DNA from: Phaeosaccion multiseriatum
Lineage: Eukaryota > Protista > Ochrophyta, other classes
Direction of reading: 5' to 3'
NCBI GenBank assembly: GCA_965112735.1
Contig: OZ218956.1
Location: 1,550,001 to 1,614,000 of the forward strand
Length of the DNA: 64,000 nt
Below, piece by piece: positions 34,431-45,245 of the stretch. A program made the position numbers and the translations under genes. The notes under the pieces were generated by a model. It worked only from the letters and a program-made list of their open reading frames with translations, was not told where the DNA came from and ran no database searches. Within the stretch, counting starts at the first letter, position 1, and each line of letters starts with the position of its first letter.

Positions 34431-34928
34431 CCTGTCCCTCTTTCTCTTGCGCCTCTCTCTCTATGTGTGTGTGTGCGTGCTCTAGCTATGGGGGGGGCTC
34501 GATATTGCACGTATTCAAGTCGTAGGCGGAGCCTGCCCTCGAAAGTCATCCAGTACCGAACTTACCCCAGCAGAAATCGACCCATCGCCGTAGGACACAC
34601 ACGTATGATGGGCGCCACCTCCAATCGAAGAGGGCGTCTCCCCGCTGATCGAGGTGGGGAGCTGAACACGGGTCATCGAGCCGCTTACCTCCCCAGAACT
34701 ATCGCCGATGTTGGAGGACCCATCGAAGCCAAGGGTGTTGTCATTCTGCGCACCCCAGCAGGTCACTTCGTCGTTAAACAAGAAGCATGTGTGTTCATCG
34801 CCAGTGTGGCAGGCCGCCGGGGCGGTGATTGCACTGCCTGCCGCAAATCTCTTGGGAAGCAGCAGACACATCCATACTCGAATCATTAGCCTCTGCTGCA
34901 CCATTTTCGGTTGCTGTCTACTAAACAT
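29342..34928 (-). pseudogene. RCC1-propeller / PT-stalk / TM surface protein, copy A; frameshifted in exon 1 (pseudogene or assembly indel)
   Basis: Same exon structure as copies B and C, but CAGAAATCGA at 34571-34580 has one A fewer than CAGAAAATCGA in B and C, turning GDGSIFCWG into GDGSISAG. Confidence 0.6.
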
Positions 34929-35400
34929 GGCTCTTAATGCTCACACAGCCCGCTCTGACGAGGGGAGGCAGGTGCAGACGATGGTGATGGTGTCCACTCT
35001 CGTGTTTATCCCATCTGGTGCTATGTTGAGCAGCCTATAAGGCCCTTTCCTTACACGATCCGTGTCCGAACACATCCTCCTTCCCGGCCGTACAACATCA
35101 TGTTGCTGGTGCCCCCCCAGCTCTCGCTAGAGAATGCACTACCACAGCCTTGCTCCCAATGGTATGTCTCCTATTGGCCTTATGGCTATCTCCTACCGAT
35201 TTATCTCTTGGTAAAATGCTTTCCTTGGCTGGCGGGACCATGACCCCAAACAGTTACAGAATGTTTAGACCGGCACCGCTGGGAGTCCTGACCGAAAATG
35301 AAACTGTAGCTCCGGCGGTTTCGGGCGACCCTCGCGGATTTTCGATAAGACCACGACTCCAGACACGGAAGGATGCGAGAGAGAGAGAGAGCTTGCTCGC

Positions 35401-38400
35401 TCAGAGTAGACTCTCCCCGCTGCTCTCGCTCGGGGGACCGTTCCGAGTAGGCATGGCCTTGAGCACGTGCTCACATATGTACATGTCCCCGAGAATGTCG
35501 CAAGCCACATGCACTTGGGCCCTCTCCTTGCCGCCCAACCACCAGGGCAGGCGGTACCGCAGTTGCCGGAAGTTGTACTTGGCTGTAGCCCAATGACCGG
35601 GCAAGAATATCACCGCACACGCGATGAAGAGCGCTCCCAAGATGCTCGTCGAAGCAGCGATGATGATCATTTCCATCGACATGCCCGCCTCCTCCTCCTC
35701 CTTCAACACCGCCCATAGGAAGAAGTTGGCGACAGACACGACACCTACGCTGTCGCCGAGCTGGAGAACAACGTCCGATGCGAATATATCCTGCAGAAGA
35801 CCACTGCTTTCAGCTTCCAACACCTCGGCCGCAGCGGTGCTACAGTCCAAGGCGGAGGCAAAGCCCAACACCAAGAAGGACACCTCAACTGCGCTGCTTG
35901 TATTGGTCGCGGATGACGACAGCTGTCGCGCTTGCAGCTCCATCACTGACGCTTGCCCTATCTGTCCCGACTCCTCCTCGCCGTTCGCCGTCCAACCGTT
36001 TACCCCTCCCCATTCTTCTTGATACGCTCCACCTCCTCCTCCTGTCCCTACTGTAGCACCTGCCCCTCCTGCTTCCCCTGCCCCTTCTCCTCCTCCTGCC
36101 GCCGCTGCTGCCGTCGCTGCCGCTGCTCCTGGGGCTCCTCCTGCTTGTGACCGCGGTGAAGTTGGCGGGTGTGGTGGAAGATACGACGGACCCTGGAGCT
36201 GCAATCGACGCGCCTCTTCCTCTGAGTTCCAGACCACCTCACGAATGGAGTCGATGTAAATGTTGTCTGAGTCTATGAGCGACGAAAAGACATTGAGAGT
36301 CAGTTTGAAGGAACCCTGGATGCCGGCATTGAAGGTATCTGCACCAAGCCCGACCAGCACGCAAGTCCCGTTGAGGTAGTTCAGAGAATCGACACCGAAG
36401 TCGTCCGGAAGCGGCTCGAGTGTCGGAGCTGCTGTTGGGGCCAATGTTGGTGCTGTGCTTGGGGCGGCTGTTGGAGCTGCTGTTGGGGCTGCTGTAGGTG
36501 TTGCTGTTGGTGCTGCTGTTGGAGCTACTGTTGGTGCTGCTGTTGGTGCTGCTGTTGGTGCTGCTGTTGGTGCTGCTGTGGGCGCCTGAGGAAACGAGAG
36601 GTGGAGGAGGAGGGGGGGGGCAAGATTTGTCACTATCATCCGTTCAGAGGATAGAAGAGTGGGGGCACACTTTGCGCCCACAAAGGGAGACAAAGAGGAG
36701 GCAGAAGGAAGGGGGAGGGAGCGAAGGACAGTCGGAAGTAGGCAACACGAAGGGAGACCAATCAGCCAGTAGTAGGCAACACGAACCTCAGTCGGGGCAA
36801 GGGTTGGGGCAGTGGTCGGAGCCAGCGTAGGCGCCTGAGAGCGACGATTCGAGCACGGGCAAGAGCGGAGGAGAGTGGTTATACTACACGGGAGAGCAAG
36901 TAAGGAGGGAACAGGCATGACACAAACGAACCTGAGTCGGGGCAGCAGTTGGTGCAGCGGTCGGAGCAGCCGAAGGCGCCTGACAACGACGATTGGAAAA
37001 CATGCATGAATGAGAAGTGGGGTTGGAAGCAATCAAAGCGAAGGAAAGACAATCGACAAAACGATTTTGAGTCTGGGCTTAGCTAAGGTTGGGGCAGCGG
37101 TCGGAGCAAGTAGGCGCCTGAGCAAGACCATTCGAGAAAGGGCAACAGCGGAGGAGGACAGAGATTGTACACGCCGGTCTACAACAGAGACGTACACAGA
37201 AGGAGGAAGGAAGGATGGGCAATGGAGAACAGCACGAACCTGAGTCGGGGCCAAGGTTGGGGCAATGGTCGGAACAGCCGTAGGCGCCTGAACAAGACGA
37301 TTCGGAAACGCATGGAGAAGTTTGGTCACACAGACTGGCCTCACCGGGACAGGGTAAGGAAGGGGTGAGGGAATCGCCATTACGAACCAGAGTTGGGGCC
37401 ACAGATGGGGCGGCGGTGGGGGCAGTCGTAGGTGCCTGAGAAAGACGATTCGGAACAACCCATTCGGAAGGCGAAGCAAGGTGGTACAGGTGGGCTAGTT
37501 AGAGAACGAGCGAGCAAGGATGATGAAGGAGAGCCAAGAAATGCCAGCACGAACCTGAGTCGGGGCTAAGGTTGGGGCCACGCTCGGAGCAGCCGTAGGC
37601 GCCTGAGCAAGGCGATTCGGGACATCACAAGAATGAGAAACAAAGAACTTCCTTTAGCTTAGTCAGCTAGTCTAGCTAGGCTAACAGCGGTCAATTAGTA
37701 ATGGCAAAACAAACCTGAGTCGGCACTGCAGTTGGTGCGGCTGTTGGTGCTACGGTCGGAGCTGCTGTCGGTGCTACGGTCGGAGCTGCTGTGGGAGCTC
37801 TGGTCGGCGCTGCTGTGGGAGCTGGTGTGGGAGCGTTGGTGTATCCCAGGTCCAACTCTGCAGGAGGCATCTCTCCCGAGCCGTCTCCAATGTCAGATGT
37901 GCTCCCCGAGCCAAGTCTACCACTGAGAAATTATCGGGCAAAATATTACCGCAAAGGGGCAGTAGATGGGAGCAGGGAAGCGAGTAAACAGGAGAACGAG
38001 AAGTGAGGAGGAGAAGGAGTGAAGAGGAGCAGCGGACAGTAAGGGAGGAGCATTCCGGGAGCAAAGAAGTGGCTGAGGGGGGGCAGTCAGGATGTGGAGT
38101 GGAGGAGGGGTTTCAGGAGGAGTAGGGCGCCGAGACAGGGGATGGGGCTTCACACTGATGCAGTGGGTCCAGCACTGGGTCCATAGACTGCTCACAACAA
38201 AGCAAGAAGCACTTTTCTCACGCCCTCGTCAGGGCAGCACTTTCTAAATGCAGGAGATAGAGAGAGGGGGGGGGGGGGGGGGGAGAAGAAGCAGCCAGTA
38301 CTCGTTCACTCACCTAGCCCCCTCTCCCCAGCAGAATATGTTGGAGTTCGTGTCGAGGATGACACAAATGTGCTCATATCCAGTACACATGGCCACTGCG

Positions 38401-38956
38401 GTACGGCCTGTGCCGATGTCAATCTGTCGCACGGGAAAGAGACAAGAGAGAGGGGACGGAATCGCTGAGGTAGGGCCAGGTGTTGCCTGGCTGGGGCGAG
38501 TGGACGGCCATGGAGCGGGAAGCAAGGGACCGCCGTCGGAGCAGGAGAGAGTCGCCCCAGCTATAACAGACACACTCACGCACCTCCGCCAGACCAGCCA
38601 TATCCCCGGAAGCATCCCCAATAGTGCTGTCACCCGACTCCTGCCCCAACTCTCCGTTGAGGTTAGATCCCCAGCACTTTAATGCGCCTGTAAAAATAGA
38701 TGATAGCGGCATCGAAAGATGACGATGAGTGAACTTGAGTTTCGAGTATTCGAACTACAGAACAACAGTCCAGGAGGACATGTGCCCGCCGCCTTGCCTT
38801 ACCGTTGTCCAAAATAGCACACGTGTAGGCCCCCCCACAGGAGACGGCCGTTGCCGTCCGGCCGGTGCCGAGATTGACTGTAACCAGGTCGTCTCCCATA
38901 GTACTGGTGACGTGACCAGCGGACGTCTGTGAGTCAGTTCCCAGCTGCGAGACACG

Positions 38957-38990
<34 letters not shown>

Positions 38991-40325
38991 CAGGGGAGGG
39001 AGGACGTGGGATAGAAGTGAGAGTAGAAGAAGGAAGAAAAGACAAAAGAGGGGGAAGCATGATACAAGGCAAGCAAAGGGGAAAACACTGGTAGCAATAG
39101 GCAGCGGCGGTGAGGTAGGGGATGGTAGCTAGCACCACGAGATTGGGGATAGTAGCACCACGAGATAAAGGTCGGTGCTTACCTGGCCTACACGGGTCGA
39201 CGTGCATGCGGTGTGTGCGCAGTGCAAACGGGCGAGAGGAGCCCGTGGGCAGTGGGGAGAGAGGCACACGCGAGGAAGACAAGGGGGGAGAGAGGGCGAC
39301 GAGGGAAGGAATGAACGTACGCGCGTCAAATCCGTGCTGCATTCTGTCCAGACCAGGGGAGTGGGAAGGAAACCCAACGTCAAACCCAGCCCCTCCTCTA
39401 CGCTACACCCAAGTTTCGACTCCACTCACGCACCCGAGTTGTTACTTCCCCAGCACACCACATCAGCGGTGTCCAGTATGGCACAGGTGTGCCAGTCGCC
39501 GGCCGATATCGCCACAGCCGTCCGACCCGTCCCGAGGTCGACGTCAGCCGCGGCGGTGTCGGGGGACAGCACATCGTCAGTGCTCTCCGTACCCAGCTGG
39601 CCTTCGTCCCCGCGGCCGAAGCATCTGTAGTGGAGCACAGCGAGGGAACTTGTTGGTGGCCGAAGAGATTCCTTAGTAAAGCTAACGGACACCAGGTACA
39701 TATCACTCTGGATTGAGCGGAGGGAGGCGGACGGATTGACTTACCTGACTGCTCCATCGTTGAGCCGCACACATGTGTGGATATAGCCGACCGCGAATTC
39801 CTCAACGGTCCGGCCTGACAGAAAGTCAAGATTGCTCAGCGCACCCATCTCGCCCGTCATATCTCCCTCTCCGATACTCAGCACGGAGCCAGTTCCGGCC
39901 CCTCCCTCGGGGGATGCACCCCAGCAATAGGAGCCACCGGAGAAGATGGCACACTGGGTGTCACCCTGCCCGTGGCTCACTGAGATGGCGGTGCTGCCTG
40001 TTTGTATCATACTGTACGTTCGAATGCAGTTGTTGGGTGGGGGGGGCTCGGGGCTGAGTGTGTAGTTGTCAAATTCAGGAGTAGGAGGAGCAGGGTGAGA
40101 AATGCGCTCCCTTCCTTCGGGCAGTGCTCCTAAGGAGGAAGCATGTAAAGCGTTGTGACGCATTCACTTACGGCGTGAGGTCGGGAGTGGAAAAGTCTTG
40201 GTCGCTGGAAGTGTCGATGCCGAGCTGTCCGTTGGCATTTGCTCCTGTTCACATAGCAGCACATCGAAACCACGTCAGAAGGCAGGGCTGGAGACGCGAT
40301 AGGAAGAGAGAGAGAGAGGCGTCTC

Positions 40326-40421
<96 letters not shown>

Positions 40422-40913
40422 TTTCTCTTGCGCCTCTCTCTATGTGTGTGTGTGCGTGCTCTAGCTATGGGGGGGGGGCTCGATATTGCACACATTCAAG
40501 TCGTAGGCGGAGCCTGCCCTCGAAAGTCATCCGGTACAGAACTTACCCCAGCAGAAAATCGACCCATCGCCGTAGGACACACACGTATGATAGCGGCCAC
40601 CTCCAATCGAAGAGGGCGTCTCCCCGCTGAGGGAGGTGGGGAGCTGAACGCGGGTCATCGAGCCGCTTACCTCTCCAGAACTATCGCCGATGTTGGAGGA
40701 CCCATCGAAGCCAAGGGTGTTGTGATTTTGCGCACCCCAGCAGGTCACTTCGTCGTTAAACAAGAAGCATGTGTGTTCATCGCCAGTGTGGCAGGCCGCC
40801 GGGGCGGTGATTGCACTGCCTGCCGCAAATCTCTTGGGAGGCAGCAGTAGACATATCCATACTCGAATCATTAGCCTCTGCCGCACCATTTTCGGTTGCT
40901 GTCTACTAAACAT
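35401..40913 (-). CDS. Type I membrane protein, copy B: hydrophobic leader, 7 RCC1/BLIP-II repeats, Pro/Thr/Ala stalk, SEA-like region, TM helix, ~65-aa tail
   Basis: Seven GxxHTC..CWG/CFG blades assemble across GT-AG introns, including the 5-nt exon 39187-39183. 48-nt stalk exons (e.g. 37602-37555, 36834-36787). TM helix [23 protein letters not shown]. Confidence 0.85.
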
Positions 40914-41339
40914 GGCTCTTAATGCTCACGCAGCCCGCTCTGACAAGGGGAGGCAGGTGCAGACGATGGCGATGGTGTCCACTCTCGTGTGTATCCTATT
41001 TGGTGCTATGTTGAACAGCCTAAGGTCCATTCCTTACACGATCCGTGTCCGAACGCTCCTTCCTGTACCAACATGTTGCTGGTGCCCCCCCAGTGAGAAA
41101 AATAAAGAGAGAGAACTAAGGGGTTTCGAGAATGCACTACCACAGCTTTGCTCCCAATCGTATGTCTCCTATTGTCCTTATGGCTATCTCCTACCGATTT
41201 ATCTCTAGGTAAAGAGTAACAAGGAAAAGAAAAAAAGAGGAGAACGTCAGGGCTGGTGGTGGGCCCAGATCGAACATGAAACTGTAGCTCCGACGGCGGT
41301 GTTGGATGATTTTCAAACCACGACTCCAGAGAGAGAGTT

Positions 41340-41622
41340 TCGACCCCTGACACGCTATCGCTCACATTCTCGATAGCGCGCTATCGGCCGCCGGCCAATA
41401 GCGGATAGCGTGCCGGCTGGCGCCGGCCGATAGCGGATAGCGTGCCGGCTGGCGCCGGCCGATAGCGGATAGCGCGCCGGCTGGCGTCAGCTCTCCCCCC
41501 CCCCCCCCCCCCCGGTGCGGTAGCAGCTGACGCTGGCGATAGCGGATAGCGCGCCGGAGATAGCGGATAGCGTGCCGGCTGGCGCCGGCGATAGCGTTAG
41601 CGGATAGCGTGTCAGGGGTCGA
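41340..41622. mobile_element. MITE-like element 2 (283 bp) with 20-bp TIRs and a 6-bp TSD
   Basis: TIRs TCGACCCCTGACACGCTATC and GATAGCGTGTCAGGGGTCGA. AGAGTT flanks both sides (41334-41339, 41623-41628). The paralogous site next to the copy B stop (~35380-35400) is empty. Internal 32-bp repeats GATAGCGGATAGCGTGCCGGCTGGCGCCGGCC. Confidence 0.88.
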
Positions 41623-41635
41623 AGAGTTTGCTCCC

Positions 41636-44600
41636 TCAGAGTAGACTCTCCTCGCTGCTCTCGCTCGGGGAGCCGTTCCGAGTAGGCATGGCCTTGAGCA
41701 CGTGCTCACATATGTACATGTCCCCGAGAATGTCGCAAGCCACATGCACTTGGGCCCTCTTCTTGCCGCCCAACCACCAGGGCAGGCGGTACCGCAGCTG
41801 CCGAAAGTTGTACTTGGCTGTAGCCCAATGACCGGGCAAGAATATCACCGCACACGCGATGAAGAGCGCTCCCACGATGCTCGTCGAAACAGCGATGATG
41901 ATCATTTCCATCGACATGCCCGCCTCCTCCTCCTCCTCCTTCAACACCGCCCATAGGAGGAAGTTGGCGACAGACACGACACCTACGCTGTCGCCGAGCT
42001 GGACCACAACGTCCGATGCAAATATATCCTGCAGAAGACCACTGCTTTCAGCTTCCAACACCTCGGCGGCAGCGGCGCTACAGTCCAAGGCGGAGGCAAA
42101 GCCCAACACCAAGAAGGACACCTCAACGGCGCTGCTTGTATTGGTCGCGGATGATGACAGCTGTCGCGCTTGCAGCTCCGTCACTGACGCTTGCCCTATT
42201 TGTCCGGACTCCTCCTCGCCGTTCGCCTTCCAACCGTTTACCCCTCCCCATTCTTCTTCTTGGTACCCTCCACCTCCTCCTCCTGTCCCTACTGTTGCAG
42301 CTGCCCCTCCTGCTTCCCCTGCCCCTTCTCCTCCTCCTGCCACTGCTGCTGCCGTCGCTGCCGCTGCTCCTGGGGCTCCTCCTGCTTGTGACCGCGGTGA
42401 AGTTGGCGGGTGTGGTGGAAGATACGACGGACCCTGGAGCTGCAATCGACGCGCCTCTTCCTCTGAATTCCAGACCACCTCACGAATGGAGTCGATGTAA
42501 ATGTTGTCTGAGTCTATGAGCGACGAAAAGACATGGAGAGTCAGTTTGAAGAAACCTTGGATGCCGGCATTGAAGGTATCTGCACCAAGCCCGACCAGCA
42601 CGCAAGTCCCGTTGAGGTAGTTCAGAGAATCGACACCGAAGTCGTCCGGAAGCGGCTCGAGTGTCGGAGCTGCTGTTGGGGCCAATGTTGGTGCTGTGCT
42701 TGGGGCGGCTGTTGGAGCTGCTGTTGGTGCTGCTGTAGGTGTTGCTGTCGGGGCGGCTGTTGGAGCTACTGTTGGTGCTAGTGTTGGTGCTGCTGTTGGT
42801 GCTGCTGTTGGTGCTGCTGTTGGTGCTGCTGTGGGCGCCTGAGGAAACGAGAGGTGGAGGAGGGGGGGGGGGCAAGATCTGTCACTATCATCCGTTCAGA
42901 GGATAGAAGAGTGGGGGCACACTTTGCGCCCACAAAGGGAGACAAGGAGGAGGCAGAAGGAAGGGGGAGGGAGCGAAGGACAGTCGGAAGTAGGCAACAC
43001 GAAGTAGTAGGGAACACGAACCTCAGTCGGGGCAAGGGTTGGGGCAGTGGTCGGAGCCAGCGTAGGCGCCTGAGAGCGACGATTCGAGCACGGGCAAGAG
43101 CGGAGGAGAGTGGTTATACTACACGGGAGAGCAAGTAAGGAGGGAACAGGCATGACACAAACGAACCTGAGTCGGGGCAGCAGTTGGTGCAGCGGTCGGA
43201 GCAGCCGTAGGCGCCTGACAACGACAATTGGAAAACATGCATGAATGAGAAGTGGGGTTGGAAGCAATCACAGCGAAGGAAGGCCACTCGACAAAATGAG
43301 TTTGAGTCTGGGCTTAAGGTTGGGGCAGCGGTCGGAGCAAGCAGGCGCCTGAGCAAGACCATTCGAGAAAGGGCAACAGCGGAGGAGGACAGAGATTGTA
43401 CACGCCGGTCTACAACAGAGACGTACACAGAAGGAGGAAGGAAGGATGGGCAATGGAGAACAGCACGAACCTGAGTCGGGGCCAAGGTTGGGGCGATGGT
43501 CGGAACAGCCGTAGGCGCCTGAACAAGACGATTCGGAAACGCATGGAGAAGTTTGGTCACACAGACTGGCCTCACCGGGACAGGGTAAGGAAGGGGTGAG
43601 GGAAACGCCAATACGAACCAGAGTGGGGGCCACGGATGGGGCGGCGGTCGGGGCAGTCGTAGGTGCCTGAGAAAGACGATTCCGAACAACCCATTCGGAA
43701 GGCGAAGCAAGGTGGTACAGGTGGGCTAGTTAGAGAACGAGCGAGCAAGGATGATGAAGGAGAGCCAAGAAATGCCAGCACGAACCTGAGTCGGGGCTAA
43801 GGTTGGGGCCACGCTCGGAGCAGCCGTAGGCGCCTGAGCAAGGCGATTCGGGACATCACAAGAATGAGAAACAAAGAACTTCCCTTAGCTTAGTCAGCTA
43901 GTCTAGCTAGGCTAACAGCGGTCAATTAGTAATGGCAAAACAAACCTGAGTCGGCACGGCAGTTGGTGCGGCTGTTGGTGCTACGGTCGGAGCTGCTGTC
44001 GGTGCTACGGTCGGAGCTGCTGTGGGAGCTCTGGTCGGCGCTGCTGTGGGAGCTGGTGTGGGAGCGTTGGTGTATCCCAGGTCCAACTCTGCAGGAGGCA
44101 TCTCTCCCGAGTCGTCTCCAATGTCAGATGTGCTCCCCGAGCCAAGTCTACCACTGAGAAATTATCGGGCAAAACATCACCGCAAAGGGGCAGTAGATGG
44201 GGGCAGGAAACCGAGTAAGAGGAGGAGGAGAAGTCAGGAGCAGAAGGAGTGAAGAGGAGCAGCGGACAGTAAGGGAGGAGCATTCCGGGAGCAAAGAAGC
44301 GGCTGAGGCTGAGGGGGTGGCTGAGGGGGGGCAGTCAGGATGTGGAGTGGAGGAGGGGTTTCAGGGGGAGTGCGGCGCCGAGACAGCGGATGGGGCTTCA
44401 CACTGATGCAGTGGGTCCAGCACTGGGTCCATAGACTGCTCACAACAAAGCAAGAAGCACTTTTCTCACGCCCGTCCTCAGGGCAGCACTTTCTAAATGC
44501 AGGAGAGAGAGGGGGGGTGGGGGGGGGGGAAGGAACAGAACTCGTTCACTCACTTGCCCCCCTCTCCCCAGCAGAATATGTTGGAGTTCGTGTCGAGGAT

Positions 44601-45196
44601 GGCACACATGTGCTCATATCCAGTACACATGGCCACTGCGGTACGGCCTGTGCCGATGTCGATCTGTCGCACGGGAAAGAGACAAGAGAGAGGGGACGGA
44701 AACGCTGAGGTGGGGCCAGGTGTTGCCTGGCTGGGGCGAGTGGACGGCCATGGAGAGGCAAGCAAGGGACCGCCGTCGGAGCAGGAGAGAGTCGCCCCAG
44801 CTATAACAGACACTCTCACGCACCTCCGCCAGACCAGCCATATCCCCGGAAGCATCCCCAATAGTGCTGTCACCCGACTCCTGCCCCAACTCTCCTTTGC
44901 TGTTAGATCCCCAGCACTTTAATGCGCCTATAAAATTAGATGATAGCGGGAACGAAAGACGACGATGAGTGAACTTGAGTTTCGAGTATTCGAACTACAG
45001 AACAACAGTCCAGGAGGACATGTGCCTGCCACCTTGCCTTACCATTGTCCAATATAGCACACGTGTAGGACCCTCCACAGGAGACGGCCGTTGCCGTCCG
45101 GCCGGTGCCGAGATTGACTGTAACCAGGTCGTCTCCCATAGTACTGGTGACGTGACCAGCGGACGTCTGTGAGTCAGTTCCCAGCTGCGAGACACG

Positions 45197-45245
<49 letters not shown>

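Noticed and set aside
34681-34695. Apparent donor GAG|GTAAGC in exon 1 of the RCC1 genes
   Set aside because: The frame reads through as [12 protein letters not shown], the expected blade linker, so no intron is needed.
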